Assembly: GCA_050998615.1 (NCBI GenBank)
Contig: JBPCQA010000008.1
Coordinates: 71,699-103,698, forward strand
Reading direction: 5' to 3'
Length of the DNA: 32,000 nt
Origin: Nocardioidaceae bacterium
GTDB taxonomy: Bacteria; Actinomycetota; Actinomycetes; Propionibacteriales; Nocardioidaceae
This document shows, in pieces, positions 6,609 to 16,100 of this stretch (the first letter of the stretch is position 1; every line of letters begins with the position of its first letter). Position numbers and translations under genes: made by a program. The notes beneath the pieces were generated by a model that worked only from the letters and a program-made list of their open reading frames with translations, had not been told where the DNA came from and ran no database searches.

Positions 6609-8122
6609 GCCGGACGTACCTCCTTTGGGAGCGTGAAGTGGACTTGCTCGGTAACCACATGCCGTTCTTGTACGTCGACCGGACCGAGGCCGGCGAGCGC
6701 CTCGACAACCTCGTCGACAAGAGCACTCGGGGCCGACGCCCCCGCCGTGAGACCCACGCGTGGAGCCGCGGTCAACCAGCTCAGCGCAATGTCGGACACA
6801 TCGTCGATAAGGTACGCCGGCGTGCCCATCCGTGCCGCCGTCTCCACCAGCCGGTTGCTGTTGGAGGAGTTCGTCGATCCCAGCACCAGCACGACCTCTG
6901 ACTCCGCCGCAACCGCGCGAAGCGCAACTTGTCGGTTCGTCGTCGCGTAACAGATGTCGTCGGACGCCGGCGCCCGCAATGCCGGGAAGCGCTCACCCAG
7001 CACCGCCACGATGTCGGTTACTTCGTCGGTGGACAACGTGGTCTGGACCAGGTAGGAGACATGCTGCTCGTCGGCGACCTGGACCGTTCGAGCGTCGTGC
7101 AGGTCTTCGACCAGCACCGTCCGCCCCGGTCGCTCACCCATTGTCCCGACAGTCTCCTCATGACCGGCGTGCCCAATGAAGATCACGGTGTCTCCACGGT
7201 CACTGAATCGCCGTAGCTCCGTGTGCACCTTGGTGACGAGCGGGCAGGTCGCGTCGATGACGTCGAGGCGACGATCCTCGGCAGCCTCACGGACCGCGGG
7301 AGCCACCCCATGCGCGGAGAACACCACGGTAGCCGCATCGGGCACGTCGTCGAGCTCGTCGACGAACACCGCCCCGCGCTGCTCGAGCTCACGGACCACA
7401 TGCAAATTGTGAACTATCTGTTTGCGAACGTAGATCGGTGCCCCACGTTGATGCAAAGCGCGCTCGACAACCTCGATCGCCCGCTCCACACCGGCACAAA
7501 ATGACCGCGGTCCGGCCAGCAACACGGTGCGGGCTCCCAACGCAGCGGACCAGTCCGCCAGCCCCGGGCCGAGCCGGGCCAGCTCGGAGACGGCGTGACG
7601 TACTTTGCCGAGCGTGGCCGGGTTCACCAGCGATTGGCCAGCAGTGTCCGCCACCACCCGCACCACCACCTCCGGGCGGTTTCCGTTGAGCAGCCAGGCC
7701 GACTCCATGTCGACGGCCAGGGCACCGCAGGACGCGAGCTGTTCGCGCTCACGCCCTGCCACTACATGATCACTTGTCACGACCGAACCGATCCACACAG
7801 GCAGGCCCGAGGCCCGGAGCCGGGAGGCCAACAGGGGTGCGCTTGGGCAGCGCATCTCCGGCAGTGCACCGCCGGCATGCCTGACCACATCTGCGACGAC
7901 CACGTCTCCGGGCCGCAACCGGCCATCAAGACCGCCGGCAATGCCCACCACGGCCACCGCCGGCGCCGCCGCGAGCCGAGCAGAGGTGGCGGACCGTGCC
8001 GATCGGGTCCGTCCCACGCCGGTTCGCGTCACCGCCGAGCGTGACGACTCGACGAGTCCGCGGCGCAGGCTGGACGCCTCCATCCTGAGCGGCGTACAGA
8101 AAACCGCCCGCTGCTGATTCAC
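6605..8122 (-). CDS. ispH: fusion protein: N-terminal PNP_UDP_1/HpnG-like nucleosidase domain + C-terminal IspH (HMBPP reductase)
   Basis: Residues ~1-150 carry VVGIAGGL...GDVVVAD...GALAVDMESAWLL (MTA/SAH-nucleosidase / HpnG type). From ~residue 196, RTVLLAGPRSFCAGVERAI...DATCPLVTKVH...HAGHEE...DDICYATTNRQ is IspH with its three Fe-S cysteines. It is a single 505-codon frame with no internal stop. GTGA overlap with the shc stop. Confidence 0.9.
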   Translation of the reverse strand: MNQQRAVFCTPLRMEASSLRRGLVESSRSAVTRTGVGRTRSARSATSARLAAAPAVAVVGIAGGLDGRLRPGDVVVADVVRHAGGALPEMRCPSAPLLASRLRASGLPVWIGSVVTSDHVVAGREREQLASCGALAVDMESAWLLNGNRPEVVVRVVADTAGQSLVNPATLGKVRHAVSELARLGPGLADWSAALGARTVLLAGPRSFCAGVERAIEVVERALHQRGAPIYVRKQIVHNLHVVRELEQRGAVFVDELDDVPDAATVVFSAHGVAPAVREAAEDRRLDVIDATCPLVTKVHTELRRFSDRGDTVIFIGHAGHEETVGTMGERPGRTVLVEDLHDARTVQVADEQHVSYLVQTTLSTDEVTDIVAVLGERFPALRAPASDDICYATTNRQVALRAVAAESEVVLVLGSTNSSNSNRLVETAARMGTPAYLIDDVSDIALSWLTAAPRVGLTAGASAPSALVDEVVEALAGLGPVDVQERHVVTEQVHFTLPKEVRPA

Positions 8123-10044
8123 TTTGTCCTCCCCTGGCCATACCCAAGGCAGCGGCCGAGCGCGCTGATCGGGAACACCACCCGGTAGAGGTGATAGTTG
8201 ATGTAGAAGTCGCCGGGGAACCCGGTCCCGGTGAACTGCGGCTCGTCCCAGCCGCCGTCGTCACGTTGGTTGACCGCCAGCCAGGCGAGGCCGCGAAGCG
8301 CGGCCTCGCCGGCCGCCTCGCCAGCGGCATGCAGCGCCAACAAAGCCCACGCCGTCTGCGACGCCGTCGACGGCCCTCGCCCGATCATCGCCGGGTCGGT
8401 GTACGAGCGAAGGTCCTCACCCCAGCCGCCGTCGCTGTTTTGGTGGTCGGCCAGCCATCGTACGGCGCGCTGGATTGCCGGCGTGTCAGGGGAGACGCCG
8501 GCCGCGACAAGCGCCGGGAGCACCGCGCCTGTGCCGTAGACGTGATTCGCTCCCCACCGCCCAAACCACGACCCGTCGGCCTCTTGAGCGGCCAACAGCC
8601 AGTGAACTCCTCGCCGCACCGGCTCGCTGGTTGACCGGCCCTCGTGCGCCAACATCTCGACGACGTGAGCCGTGACGTCCGCGCTGGGTGGGTCGATGAC
8701 GGCACCGAAGTCGCAAAACGGCAACTCGTAGGCCAGCTCGCGAGCGTTGTCGGCGTCGAAGGCCGCCCAGCCGCCGTCGCGCGATTGCATCGCCTCCAGC
8801 CAACTGACCGAACGCCGCACCGCCGCGTCAACGCAAGCGCGCGGAGCGGTTCGGCGCAACCCCAGGGCGACCTCGGCGGTGTCGTCGATGTCGGGGTAGC
8901 CATCGTTGTCGAACTCGAACGCCCATCCGCCCGGATCGCCCCCTGGCCGACGTACCGTCCAGTCGCCGTACACCGAGATCTCCTCGTCGACCAGCCAGGT
9001 GGCGGCCCGGCGCAGCGCCGGGTGTTGCGGCTCGAGCCCGGCGTCAGCGAGCGCAATCACCGCCAATGCGGTGTCCCACACCGGGGATTGGCAGGCCTCA
9101 ATCCAGCGGCGCGGACCGTCGGGGCTGTCCTCCACGACCGTGAAACGCTCCCATCCGTTCAATCCGCGGGCCATCACCGGGTGGTCGACGGCGAAGCCGA
9201 ACGCGTTCAGCGCCATCAACGAGTAGACCCACGGTGGTTGGATGCCTCCCCACGATCCGTCGGCTTCCTGCCGGTCGAGGATCCAGTCCGCCGTACGACG
9301 CAGGGCGTGCTGGCGCAGCGGCTGGAAAGGCAACCGGTCGTAGGCGTGCAAAGCAGTGTCGAGGTGCTCGAACGCGCGTGACCATCCGGTGGGCCGGGTG
9401 GGTCTGGCGTCGGGGCGGTGTGCGCGCAGCTCGCCGACCTCGACTCCGAGGTCGCGTTGTGGACGCAGGGTCGCCAGCATCGTCAGCGGCGCGATGGTCT
9501 GCCTGGCCCAGCACGCAAAGTCGTAGAGGTTGAGCGGCACCCATCGGGGCGCGAACACCAGCTCGGGCGGCAGCGCCGGCAAGTCGTCCCAGCTCCATTG
9601 CCCGAACAGGGCCAGCCAGATCCGGGTGAACACGCGCGTGCTCTCCAGTCCGCCGTGCTCGAGCACGACGGATCGAGCCCGCATCATGTGCGGTTCCGTT
9701 GGATCGTCCCCGGCCAGCCGCAGCGCGATGTAGGCCTCCGCGGTGGTCGAAGGGTCAGCCGGCCCGTCGAAGAAGTTCGTCCAGGAGCCGTCGAAGCGTT
9801 GCTGGCCGCGAATCCACACGGCGCTTGCTCGCGTCTGCTTCGCAGTCCTCACGCCGAGGAACTGGCGCATCATCAGATCCTCGGCATCCATCGTGACGTT
9901 GGTCTCCAGCAGGCCACGCCACCAGCCGTCGTGGTGTTGCCGGCTCAGCAGGTGGTGTACGGCGCGATCCAACGTCGCTTCCAGGGCGTCGCGGTCGACG
10001 GCGCGCGTCGCCGCTGTCGCCCTGGCGTCACTGGTCAGCGTCAC
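8119..10044 (-). CDS. shc: squalene-hopene cyclase
   Basis: 641 aa. The DIDDTAE (DXDD) catalytic motif is present, along with multiple QW repeats (QHHDGWW, QEADGSW, QSRDGGW, QNSDGGW, QRDDGGW). Confidence 0.97.
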   Translation of the reverse strand: MTLTSDARATAATRAVDRDALEATLDRAVHHLLSRQHHDGWWRGLLETNVTMDAEDLMMRQFLGVRTAKQTRASAVWIRGQQRFDGSWTNFFDGPADPSTTAEAYIALRLAGDDPTEPHMMRARSVVLEHGGLESTRVFTRIWLALFGQWSWDDLPALPPELVFAPRWVPLNLYDFACWARQTIAPLTMLATLRPQRDLGVEVGELRAHRPDARPTRPTGWSRAFEHLDTALHAYDRLPFQPLRQHALRRTADWILDRQEADGSWGGIQPPWVYSLMALNAFGFAVDHPVMARGLNGWERFTVVEDSPDGPRRWIEACQSPVWDTALAVIALADAGLEPQHPALRRAATWLVDEEISVYGDWTVRRPGGDPGGWAFEFDNDGYPDIDDTAEVALGLRRTAPRACVDAAVRRSVSWLEAMQSRDGGWAAFDADNARELAYELPFCDFGAVIDPPSADVTAHVVEMLAHEGRSTSEPVRRGVHWLLAAQEADGSWFGRWGANHVYGTGAVLPALVAAGVSPDTPAIQRAVRWLADHQNSDGGWGEDLRSYTDPAMIGRGPSTASQTAWALLALHAAGEAAGEAALRGLAWLAVNQRDDGGWDEPQFTGTGFPGDFYINYHLYRVVFPISALGRCLGYGQGRTK

Positions 10045-11066
10045 TAGTGGTCCCTCCTGCTCAACAGTTCCGTCAGCGAGACGAGCTCTTGGCGCACGCC
10101 GTGCGGCAGATCCAGGTCGGCCAGCGCGTTCACCGCGGCTACCGACTCCAGATCAGCCTCGGCCTGCGTCCAGGCCCGACCGCCGGCTTCCTCGACGAGC
10201 GCGGCGGCACGCTGCAGTTCAGCTTCGGCAAGCTCGTGACCGCTGTGGTAGAGAGCGCCGAGCTCCCGGGCCGCCGAATCGTCCGATTCGAGCGCGGCGA
10301 CCACCGGAACCGACTTCTTGCGGGCTCGAAGATCGGACCATACCGACTTTCCGGTGCGTGCCGGATCCCCCCAGATCCCGAGCAGATCGTCGGTGAGCTG
10401 GAAGGCCATGCCGAGATGCATGCCGTAGTCGGCAAGACCGAGCGCCAACTTGGCCGGCGCGTCGACGAGCACCGCCCCGAGCGATGCCGAGCAGGCCAAC
10501 AGTGCTCCGGTCTTGTCCCCGATCATCGCCAGGCACTCCGCCAGTGACACGTCGTTCCTTGTCTCGAACGCCAGGTCTGCGGCTTGGCCGGCGATCAACC
10601 GCCGGGTGGTGGCATTGAGACAGCGCAGTGCCCAGCCGACCGTTGGGGATAGTGCTTCGGACAACAGCTCGTTGGCCAGCGCCAGCAGCGCGTCCCCGGC
10701 CAGGATCGCCTGCGAGGTGCCGAACGCGGCCCATACCGTCGGCTGGTGACGGCGTTCGCGGTCACGATCCATCACGTCGTCATGCACTAGCGAGAAGTTG
10801 TGCACCAGCTCGCACGCCGCCGCGGCCGGCACCGCTCGCTCAGCCGGTACGCCGGCGGCTTTTGCCGACAGCAGCGCCAACGTTGAGCGAACGCCCTTGC
10901 CGATGCGAACACCGGGGCTTCCATCGGCGTCCCAGTAGCCGAGGTGATAGCCGCAGGCGCGTCGGGTGAGTGGGTCTAGTCGGTCAAGTGACGCGCGCAG
11001 AGACGCGTCGGTCAGCCGCCAGGCCAAGTCGTGCGCGTTCACCCGCAATGCCGACGTGTTCGTCAT
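10044..11066 (-). CDS. polyprenyl diphosphate synthase (FPP/GGPP synthase family)
   Basis: First Asp-rich motif LVHDDVMD and second motif FQLTDDLLGIWGD. ATG 11066 forms an ATGA overlap with the hpnE stop (track start 11078 is an alternative). Confidence 0.9.
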   Translation of the reverse strand: MTNTSALRVNAHDLAWRLTDASLRASLDRLDPLTRRACGYHLGYWDADGSPGVRIGKGVRSTLALLSAKAAGVPAERAVPAAAACELVHNFSLVHDDVMDRDRERRHQPTVWAAFGTSQAILAGDALLALANELLSEALSPTVGWALRCLNATTRRLIAGQAADLAFETRNDVSLAECLAMIGDKTGALLACSASLGAVLVDAPAKLALGLADYGMHLGMAFQLTDDLLGIWGDPARTGKSVWSDLRARKKSVPVVAALESDDSAARELGALYHSGHELAEAELQRAAALVEEAGGRAWTQAEADLESVAAVNALADLDLPHGVRQELVSLTELLSRRDH

Positions 11067-12445
11067 GTGGATGCCCACCTCACGTGCGGGGTCGAGTCAG
11101 CGGAGGCGAAAGAGGAGGGAGAGCCCAGCACGTTTGCGGCGGTGTCGCCGCTGCGAACAGCGCCCTCCATGGTGTCGGGCCAGCCGGTGGCGGTCCAGGC
11201 ACCCGCCAGCAGCAGCCCGGGAAGTCGAGTCACCACGCTGGGCCGCAGCGGTCCGGTGCCCGCCTGCTGACGGAACGTGGCACGCGGTTCACGGGTGACG
11301 AATGCGTCACGGAGCCGGGCCTGCCGGGTGGCCGGCAACAATGTCGACAGGGCGCCAAGATGTGTCCGAAGGATCTCCTCCGCGGGGCGCTCGATCAGGT
11401 CGTCGGCGGCCGACAGCGACATCGCAAGGTACTGCCCGTCCACACCCGAGGCCGTCGTACGGTCGAAGATCCACTGGATCGGGGAGCCCAACGCCGCCGC
11501 AAACGGCAGCTGCGTCACTGCGCGGTCATAGCGGACGTGCACATTGACGATTGGCGCTGATCCCAAGCCGGCCCAGGCGTCTCGATCCGGCGCGGCGGCT
11601 GCCGGCACGATCCGGCTGGCCTGCCAGTGTGGAACGGCAACGACCACAGCATCGACAACGGCGTCTCCGCCGCGGGTCCGGACGATCCACCCTGAATCGA
11701 CCTCCGAGCTCGGGCAGGCAGCGATCTCGGTGACCCGTTCCCCGGTGCGGCATCTGACCCCGAGCCTGGCCAGCAGCCGGCGAGCGGGTCCATCATGCAG
11801 ATCGGACAGCGGCACTAGCGGTATCGCGATGTCACCGGCATCGACCTCGTCGAGCAGCCCGGAGCGGAACACCTTGGCGGCAAGGGCGAGCGATGCCTGG
11901 TCCGGCTCGATATTGAGCGCAGCTACGCAGATCAGCCCCCAGAGTCCGATGATGGCCTCGTCTCGTTGGCCGTGGCGGCGTAGCCAGTGTCCGAACGTCT
12001 CGTAATCGTTGTCAGGTTGGTCGGGATCGACTTTCCTGAGCCGCGACGCTGCCCAGGCGGCGCGCACCCGATCGGCGGCCGACAACGCGCCGAATCCGGC
12101 CAGCGCCGGCAGCAAGTGCAGCGGCGCGGGGCCACGACGGCCCCGGCGCAACCAGCTGACCTGACGGCCCGATCGGAGCACCGGGATCGCCAGTCGTTCC
12201 TGCACCGGCACCCACGAGCCGACGCCGAGCCGAGACAGCAGCGAGCGGTACTCCTGGTAACTGCGCAGCAAGACGTGCTGTCCGGTGTCTACGGTCAACC
12301 CGTCGCGATTGAACGAGTACGCCGCACCGCCCAACCGCGGGCGCGACTCGAGCAACGTGACGTCCCACCCACGATCTGCCAACGAGCTGGCCGCGCTGAT
12401 GCCTGCTAGCCCACCGCCGACGACGGCGACTCGGTTGCCGATCAT
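11063..12445 (-). CDS. hpnE: FAD-dependent hydroxysqualene dehydroxylase (HpnE)
   Basis: MIGNRVAVVGGGLAGISAA...LLESRPRLGG Rossmann N-terminus and an amine-oxidase/phytoene-desaturase-like body. ATG 12445 forms an ATGA overlap with the hpnD stop. The 96 upstream codons of the track ORF lie out of frame inside hpnD. Confidence 0.85.
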   Translation of the reverse strand: MIGNRVAVVGGGLAGISAASSLADRGWDVTLLESRPRLGGAAYSFNRDGLTVDTGQHVLLRSYQEYRSLLSRLGVGSWVPVQERLAIPVLRSGRQVSWLRRGRRGPAPLHLLPALAGFGALSAADRVRAAWAASRLRKVDPDQPDNDYETFGHWLRRHGQRDEAIIGLWGLICVAALNIEPDQASLALAAKVFRSGLLDEVDAGDIAIPLVPLSDLHDGPARRLLARLGVRCRTGERVTEIAACPSSEVDSGWIVRTRGGDAVVDAVVVAVPHWQASRIVPAAAAPDRDAWAGLGSAPIVNVHVRYDRAVTQLPFAAALGSPIQWIFDRTTASGVDGQYLAMSLSAADDLIERPAEEILRTHLGALSTLLPATRQARLRDAFVTREPRATFRQQAGTGPLRPSVVTRLPGLLLAGAWTATGWPDTMEGAVRSGDTAANVLGSPSSFASADSTPHVRWAST

Positions 12446-13320
12446 GCCGTCCCCCTCGCCAGCGCCTGGACAGCAACCGCGGCCTTGGCGTGCGAGGGAA
12501 GCGACAGCCGCCGAGAGCGAACGGCCTCTGGGTCCGCGGCAATGCGTCGGAGCAGGCGGCGGTAGATCCCCGCCATCGCCGCCGTACAGGCGGCACTTCG
12601 GCGGTCCAGCAGCGGCAGCAGTCGCAACCCGCGCTGGTACCAGTTGTCGGCTCGCTCGGCCTCGAAGCGGATCAGCGCGGCGAACCGGTCTGCGGGATCG
12701 CTCAGCCGCCCCTGGTTGGCGTCCAGCGTGCACCCGAAACGCCGCAGATCTTCGGTCGGCAAGTAGATGCGGTCGACGAGGCGGTCTTCGAGCAGGTCCC
12801 GCAAGACGTTCGTAAGCTGCAAGGCGATGCCGAGCGTATCGGCCAGCGACCAGGCCCGCTCCAGGGCGGGTGGGTCATAGACGCCGACCGACAATCGGCC
12901 GACGGACCCGGCCACGGATCGGCAGTAGCCGACGAGGTCGTCGAAGCTGGCATAGCGGTGGACTGTCACGTCGGCTCGACAGCCGGCCACGATTTCGTCG
13001 AACGCCGCGAGTGGAATCGGGAAACGAGACGCGGCGTCCGCCAGCGCCGACAGCACCGGATCGGCGACAGCGAACTCCCGGTCGGGCAGGTGGTGCAGCG
13101 AATCGCGTATCCCCGCCAGTGATGTCAGCTTCTGCTGCGCCGGCAAGTCACCGTCCCCGATGTCGTCGATGCGGCGTGCGGTCGCGTAGATCGCCGACAG
13201 CGCCTGCCGTTTGGGGCGGGGCAGCAACCGGATTCCATAGGAGAAGTTGCGTGCCTCTCGTCGCGTGATCTGCTCGCAGACGGCGTACGTGCTCTGCTCG
13301 TCCATGATGAATCCGGTCAC
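12442..13320 (-). CDS. hpnD: presqualene diphosphate synthase (HpnD), squalene/phytoene synthase family
   Basis: ARNFSYGIRLLPRPKRQALSAIYATARRIDDIGDG plus a second Asp-rich region. GTG 13320 forms a GTGA overlap with the hpnC stop (ATG 13305 is an alternative). Confidence 0.85.
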   Translation of the reverse strand: MTGFIMDEQSTYAVCEQITRREARNFSYGIRLLPRPKRQALSAIYATARRIDDIGDGDLPAQQKLTSLAGIRDSLHHLPDREFAVADPVLSALADAASRFPIPLAAFDEIVAGCRADVTVHRYASFDDLVGYCRSVAGSVGRLSVGVYDPPALERAWSLADTLGIALQLTNVLRDLLEDRLVDRIYLPTEDLRRFGCTLDANQGRLSDPADRFAALIRFEAERADNWYQRGLRLLPLLDRRSAACTAAMAGIYRRLLRRIAADPEAVRSRRLSLPSHAKAAVAVQALARGTA

Positions 13321-14144
13321 CCGGGGCTCCGCACGCTTGCGCGTAGCCAGGTCGACAAGATCTTCCGGGCACCCGGTTTGGCGACGCCGGACATCGGGTC
13401 GAAGTCGTGACGGCCCAGCTCGGCTGCGGCCGCCCGGCCACCGGCTACGTATCCAGACACGGCCAGCCGTGCCCAGCCATGCAGTGCGGACACGAGGTAG
13501 GCACCAGCATCGAGCCAGCACAGTGCCCGGTCGGTCTCGAAGGCGATCAACGACCGAACCGACGCGGTGGCGACCGGTTGGTCGAGATCGGACTCGCCTA
13601 CGCCGAAACGGCGCAGGTCTTCCTGCGGCAGGTAGATGCGGCCATTCGCCCGGTCTTCGGCGACGTCTTGCCAGTGCTCGATCAGCTGCAAACCGGTGCA
13701 CACCCGATCAGACAACGCGATGGTGTCGTCGGTGTTCTCGCCAAAGATGTGAAGCACGAGCTCACCGACCGGGTTAGCCGACAGCCGGCAATAGCCGAGC
13801 AGGTCATCAAACGTCGGATAGCGAGTGACCTCCTGGTCCATCAGGTTCGCGTCGACCAGCCGGAGCAGCGGCTCCTTCGGGATCTGATGGCGCTCGATCG
13901 TGGGGCGCAGCGCGGTCACTGCCGGATGGGCCGCGGCCCCGCCGTCGTACAACGCGAGCACGTCAGAGCGCACGGAATGCAACGCCTTCACCCGGTCACC
14001 GACCCCCACGTCACCCAGGTCATCCACGTATCGCGCGTAGCCGTAGATGGCTAGCAGATCGCTTCGGACGGCAGCCGGCAGGATGCGCAACGCCACCGGG
14101 AAGTTTTCCCGCCCGCGGCTGCGCAGTGAATCCACGAGATACAT
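13317..14144 (-). CDS. hpnC: hydroxysqualene synthase (HpnC), squalene/phytoene synthase family
   Basis: RENFPVALRILPAAVRSDLLAIYGYARYVDDLGD (ENFPVA is HpnC-typical). 275 aa. Starts 7 nt after the dxs stop. Confidence 0.85.
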   Translation of the reverse strand: MYLVDSLRSRGRENFPVALRILPAAVRSDLLAIYGYARYVDDLGDVGVGDRVKALHSVRSDVLALYDGGAAAHPAVTALRPTIERHQIPKEPLLRLVDANLMDQEVTRYPTFDDLLGYCRLSANPVGELVLHIFGENTDDTIALSDRVCTGLQLIEHWQDVAEDRANGRIYLPQEDLRRFGVGESDLDQPVATASVRSLIAFETDRALCWLDAGAYLVSALHGWARLAVSGYVAGGRAAAAELGRHDFDPMSGVAKPGARKILSTWLRASVRSPG

Positions 14145-14151
14145 CGGCGTC

Positions 14152-16026
14152 CTACTTCAGCGCCCGGCTCGGGGTGGCTGCGGCCACCAGGCGAAGCTGT
14201 CGTCCGTCGGGGGACTGGCGGCCGAAGCTGCGGCGTACGGCGGCGGCCACGCCGGCCCCGTCGAGCCCGTAACGGGAAAGCAGCTCGGCCCGATCGCCAT
14301 GGGGTATGAACTCCGACGGCAAACCCAAGCAGTGCGCCGGCACGTCGACCCCTGCGTCGGCCAGTGCCCCGGCCACCAACGCCCCGACTCCACCGGAGCG
14401 AACGCCGTCTTCGACGCACACCACGAGCTGGTGCTTGCTGGCCAGCTGGATCAGTCGTGGGTTGACTGGAATCACCCACCGGGGGTCGACCACCGTGCAC
14501 TCGATGCCGCCACCCGCAAGCTCCGCTGCCGCGCTCAACGCGGCGTGCGCCATCACGCCTACCGCCACTATCAACACATCAGGCTGGTCAGCCGAACGCA
14601 GCACGTCGATGCCGCCGACCCGCTCGGTGGCCGGCACCTCCTTTCCGAGTCGTGCCTTCGGGAAGCGCAGCACGGTAGGACCGGTGCTGACAGCGACTGC
14701 CTCGTCGAGCTCGTCGACGAGGGTAGCGGCGTCGCGAGGGGCGGCCACCCGGATGCCTGGCACGATGCCGAACATCGCGAGATCCCACATGCCGTGATGA
14801 CTTGCCCCGTCGGGCCCGGTGATGCCAGCCCGGTCGAGCACGAACGTGACCGGCAGCTCGTGCAGGCCGACGTCCAACAGCGCCTGGTCGAAGGCGCGGT
14901 TGGCGAACGTCGCGTAAAGGGCGACGACCGGATGGGCTCCGCCGATGGCAAGACCGGCCGCGGAGGTCACCGCATGTTGCTCGGCGATGCCCACGTCGAA
15001 GCAGCGACCCGGATATCTGTTGGCGAACTGCTGCAGCCCGGTTGGCCCCCGCATAGCGGCGGTCACGGCGACGATGTCACGACACCTACCGCCGAGCTCG
15101 ACGAGCGCGGTGGCGAAGGCGTCGGTCCAGGTGGCGGCGACCTCGGTGCCGGGTCTGCCGGTGAGGGCGTCCACGACGCCAACCGTGTGCAGATGGTCCG
15201 CCTGGTCTGCCAGCGCCGGGACATAGCCGCGTCCCTTCACCGTCAGGCAATGCACGATGACCGGGCGGTGCTTGTCGCGGGCCATGGTGAGCGCGCGTTC
15301 GACGGCGGCTAGGTCGTGTCCGTCGACCGGGCCGAGGTAGCTGAAGCCGAGTGCACCGAAGAGCGTGTTGGCGCGGCCTTCCTGGTCGGGCAACCTCGCC
15401 GTGCCCCCGAGGCGGCCGACGAGCTCGTCGTAGCCCGCTTGGTCGCGTAACCGGGCCAGGTGCGCGGGGAGCCCGCCCACTGTCGGGGAGTACGAGCACC
15501 CGTTGTCGTTGAGGACGACGACGACGCGGCGACCGGAGGCGCCGAGGTTGTTCAGCGCCTCCCACGCGAGCCCCCCGGTGAGCGCGCCGTCGCCAATCAC
15601 CGCGACCACGGGGCGATCCGCCTCCCCGCTGACCGTGAACGCCTTGCTCAGCCCATCGGCGTACGAGAGTGCGGTCGAGGCATGGGAGTTCTCGACGACG
15701 TCGTGGACGGATTCCGCGCGGTTGGGGTAGCCGGACAGTCCCCCGCTGGTCCGGAGCCCGGCGAATCCGTCTCGCCGGCCGGTCAGCAGCTTGTGGACGT
15801 ACGCCTGGTGCCCGGTGTCGAAAACAACCGGGGTATGGGGTGAATCGAAGACCCGGTGCACGGCCAGGGTCAGCTCGACGACGCCGAGGTTGGGGCCTAG
15901 GTGACCGCCGGTGCGGCATACCGAGGAAACCAAGAACTCGCGGATCTCGTCGGCCAGCGCCTCCAATTGGCTGGCATCGAGGCCGCGCAGATCGGCCGGG
16001 CTGCTGAGCGCGTCCAGGATGGGCAT
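14152..16026 (-). CDS. dxs: 1-deoxy-D-xylulose-5-phosphate synthase
   Basis: MPILDALSSPADLRGL...LADEIR..., GHQAYVHKLLTGRR and GDGALTGG. ATG 16026 is preceded by GGAGG (GTG 16047 is an alternative). Confidence 0.95.
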   Translation of the reverse strand: MPILDALSSPADLRGLDASQLEALADEIREFLVSSVCRTGGHLGPNLGVVELTLAVHRVFDSPHTPVVFDTGHQAYVHKLLTGRRDGFAGLRTSGGLSGYPNRAESVHDVVENSHASTALSYADGLSKAFTVSGEADRPVVAVIGDGALTGGLAWEALNNLGASGRRVVVVLNDNGCSYSPTVGGLPAHLARLRDQAGYDELVGRLGGTARLPDQEGRANTLFGALGFSYLGPVDGHDLAAVERALTMARDKHRPVIVHCLTVKGRGYVPALADQADHLHTVGVVDALTGRPGTEVAATWTDAFATALVELGGRCRDIVAVTAAMRGPTGLQQFANRYPGRCFDVGIAEQHAVTSAAGLAIGGAHPVVALYATFANRAFDQALLDVGLHELPVTFVLDRAGITGPDGASHHGMWDLAMFGIVPGIRVAAPRDAATLVDELDEAVAVSTGPTVLRFPKARLGKEVPATERVGGIDVLRSADQPDVLIVAVGVMAHAALSAAAELAGGGIECTVVDPRWVIPVNPRLIQLASKHQLVVCVEDGVRSGGVGALVAGALADAGVDVPAHCLGLPSEFIPHGDRAELLSRYGLDGAGVAAAVRRSFGRQSPDGRQLRLVAAATPSRALK

Positions 16027-16100
16027 CGAATGTGTAGCCTCCGTCACGATGGGGTGACCGGTCGCATCCGAATATATCGTAATCCGACCTTGCTACGGCT

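Noticed and set aside
5676-6950. 424-aa plus-strand ORF
   Set aside because: It lies entirely antisense to hpnH and the IspH fusion, which have unambiguous family motifs. Its Arg/Ala/Val/His-rich composition is typical of shadow ORFs in high-GC DNA.
12446-12733. N-terminal extension of the hpnE ORF, and likewise 13321..13701 for hpnD and 25060..25212 for ung
   Set aside because: The extensions lie inside the upstream genes in other frames and are Arg-rich. Family N-termini and 4-nt or 1-nt junctions support the shorter starts.
14047-15312. 421-aa plus-strand ORF, and the 345-aa minus ORF at 15086..16123
   Set aside because: Both overlap dxs, one antisense and one out of frame. They are Arg/Pro/Gly-rich with no recognisable motifs, so they are high-GC artefacts.
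16027-16100. Promoter between marR and dxs (AT-rich GATATATTCGG on the minus strand)
   Set aside because: A -10-like TATATT is present, but there is no acceptable -35 at 16-19 nt spacing. Read-through from marR is equally plausible, so it is left uncalled.
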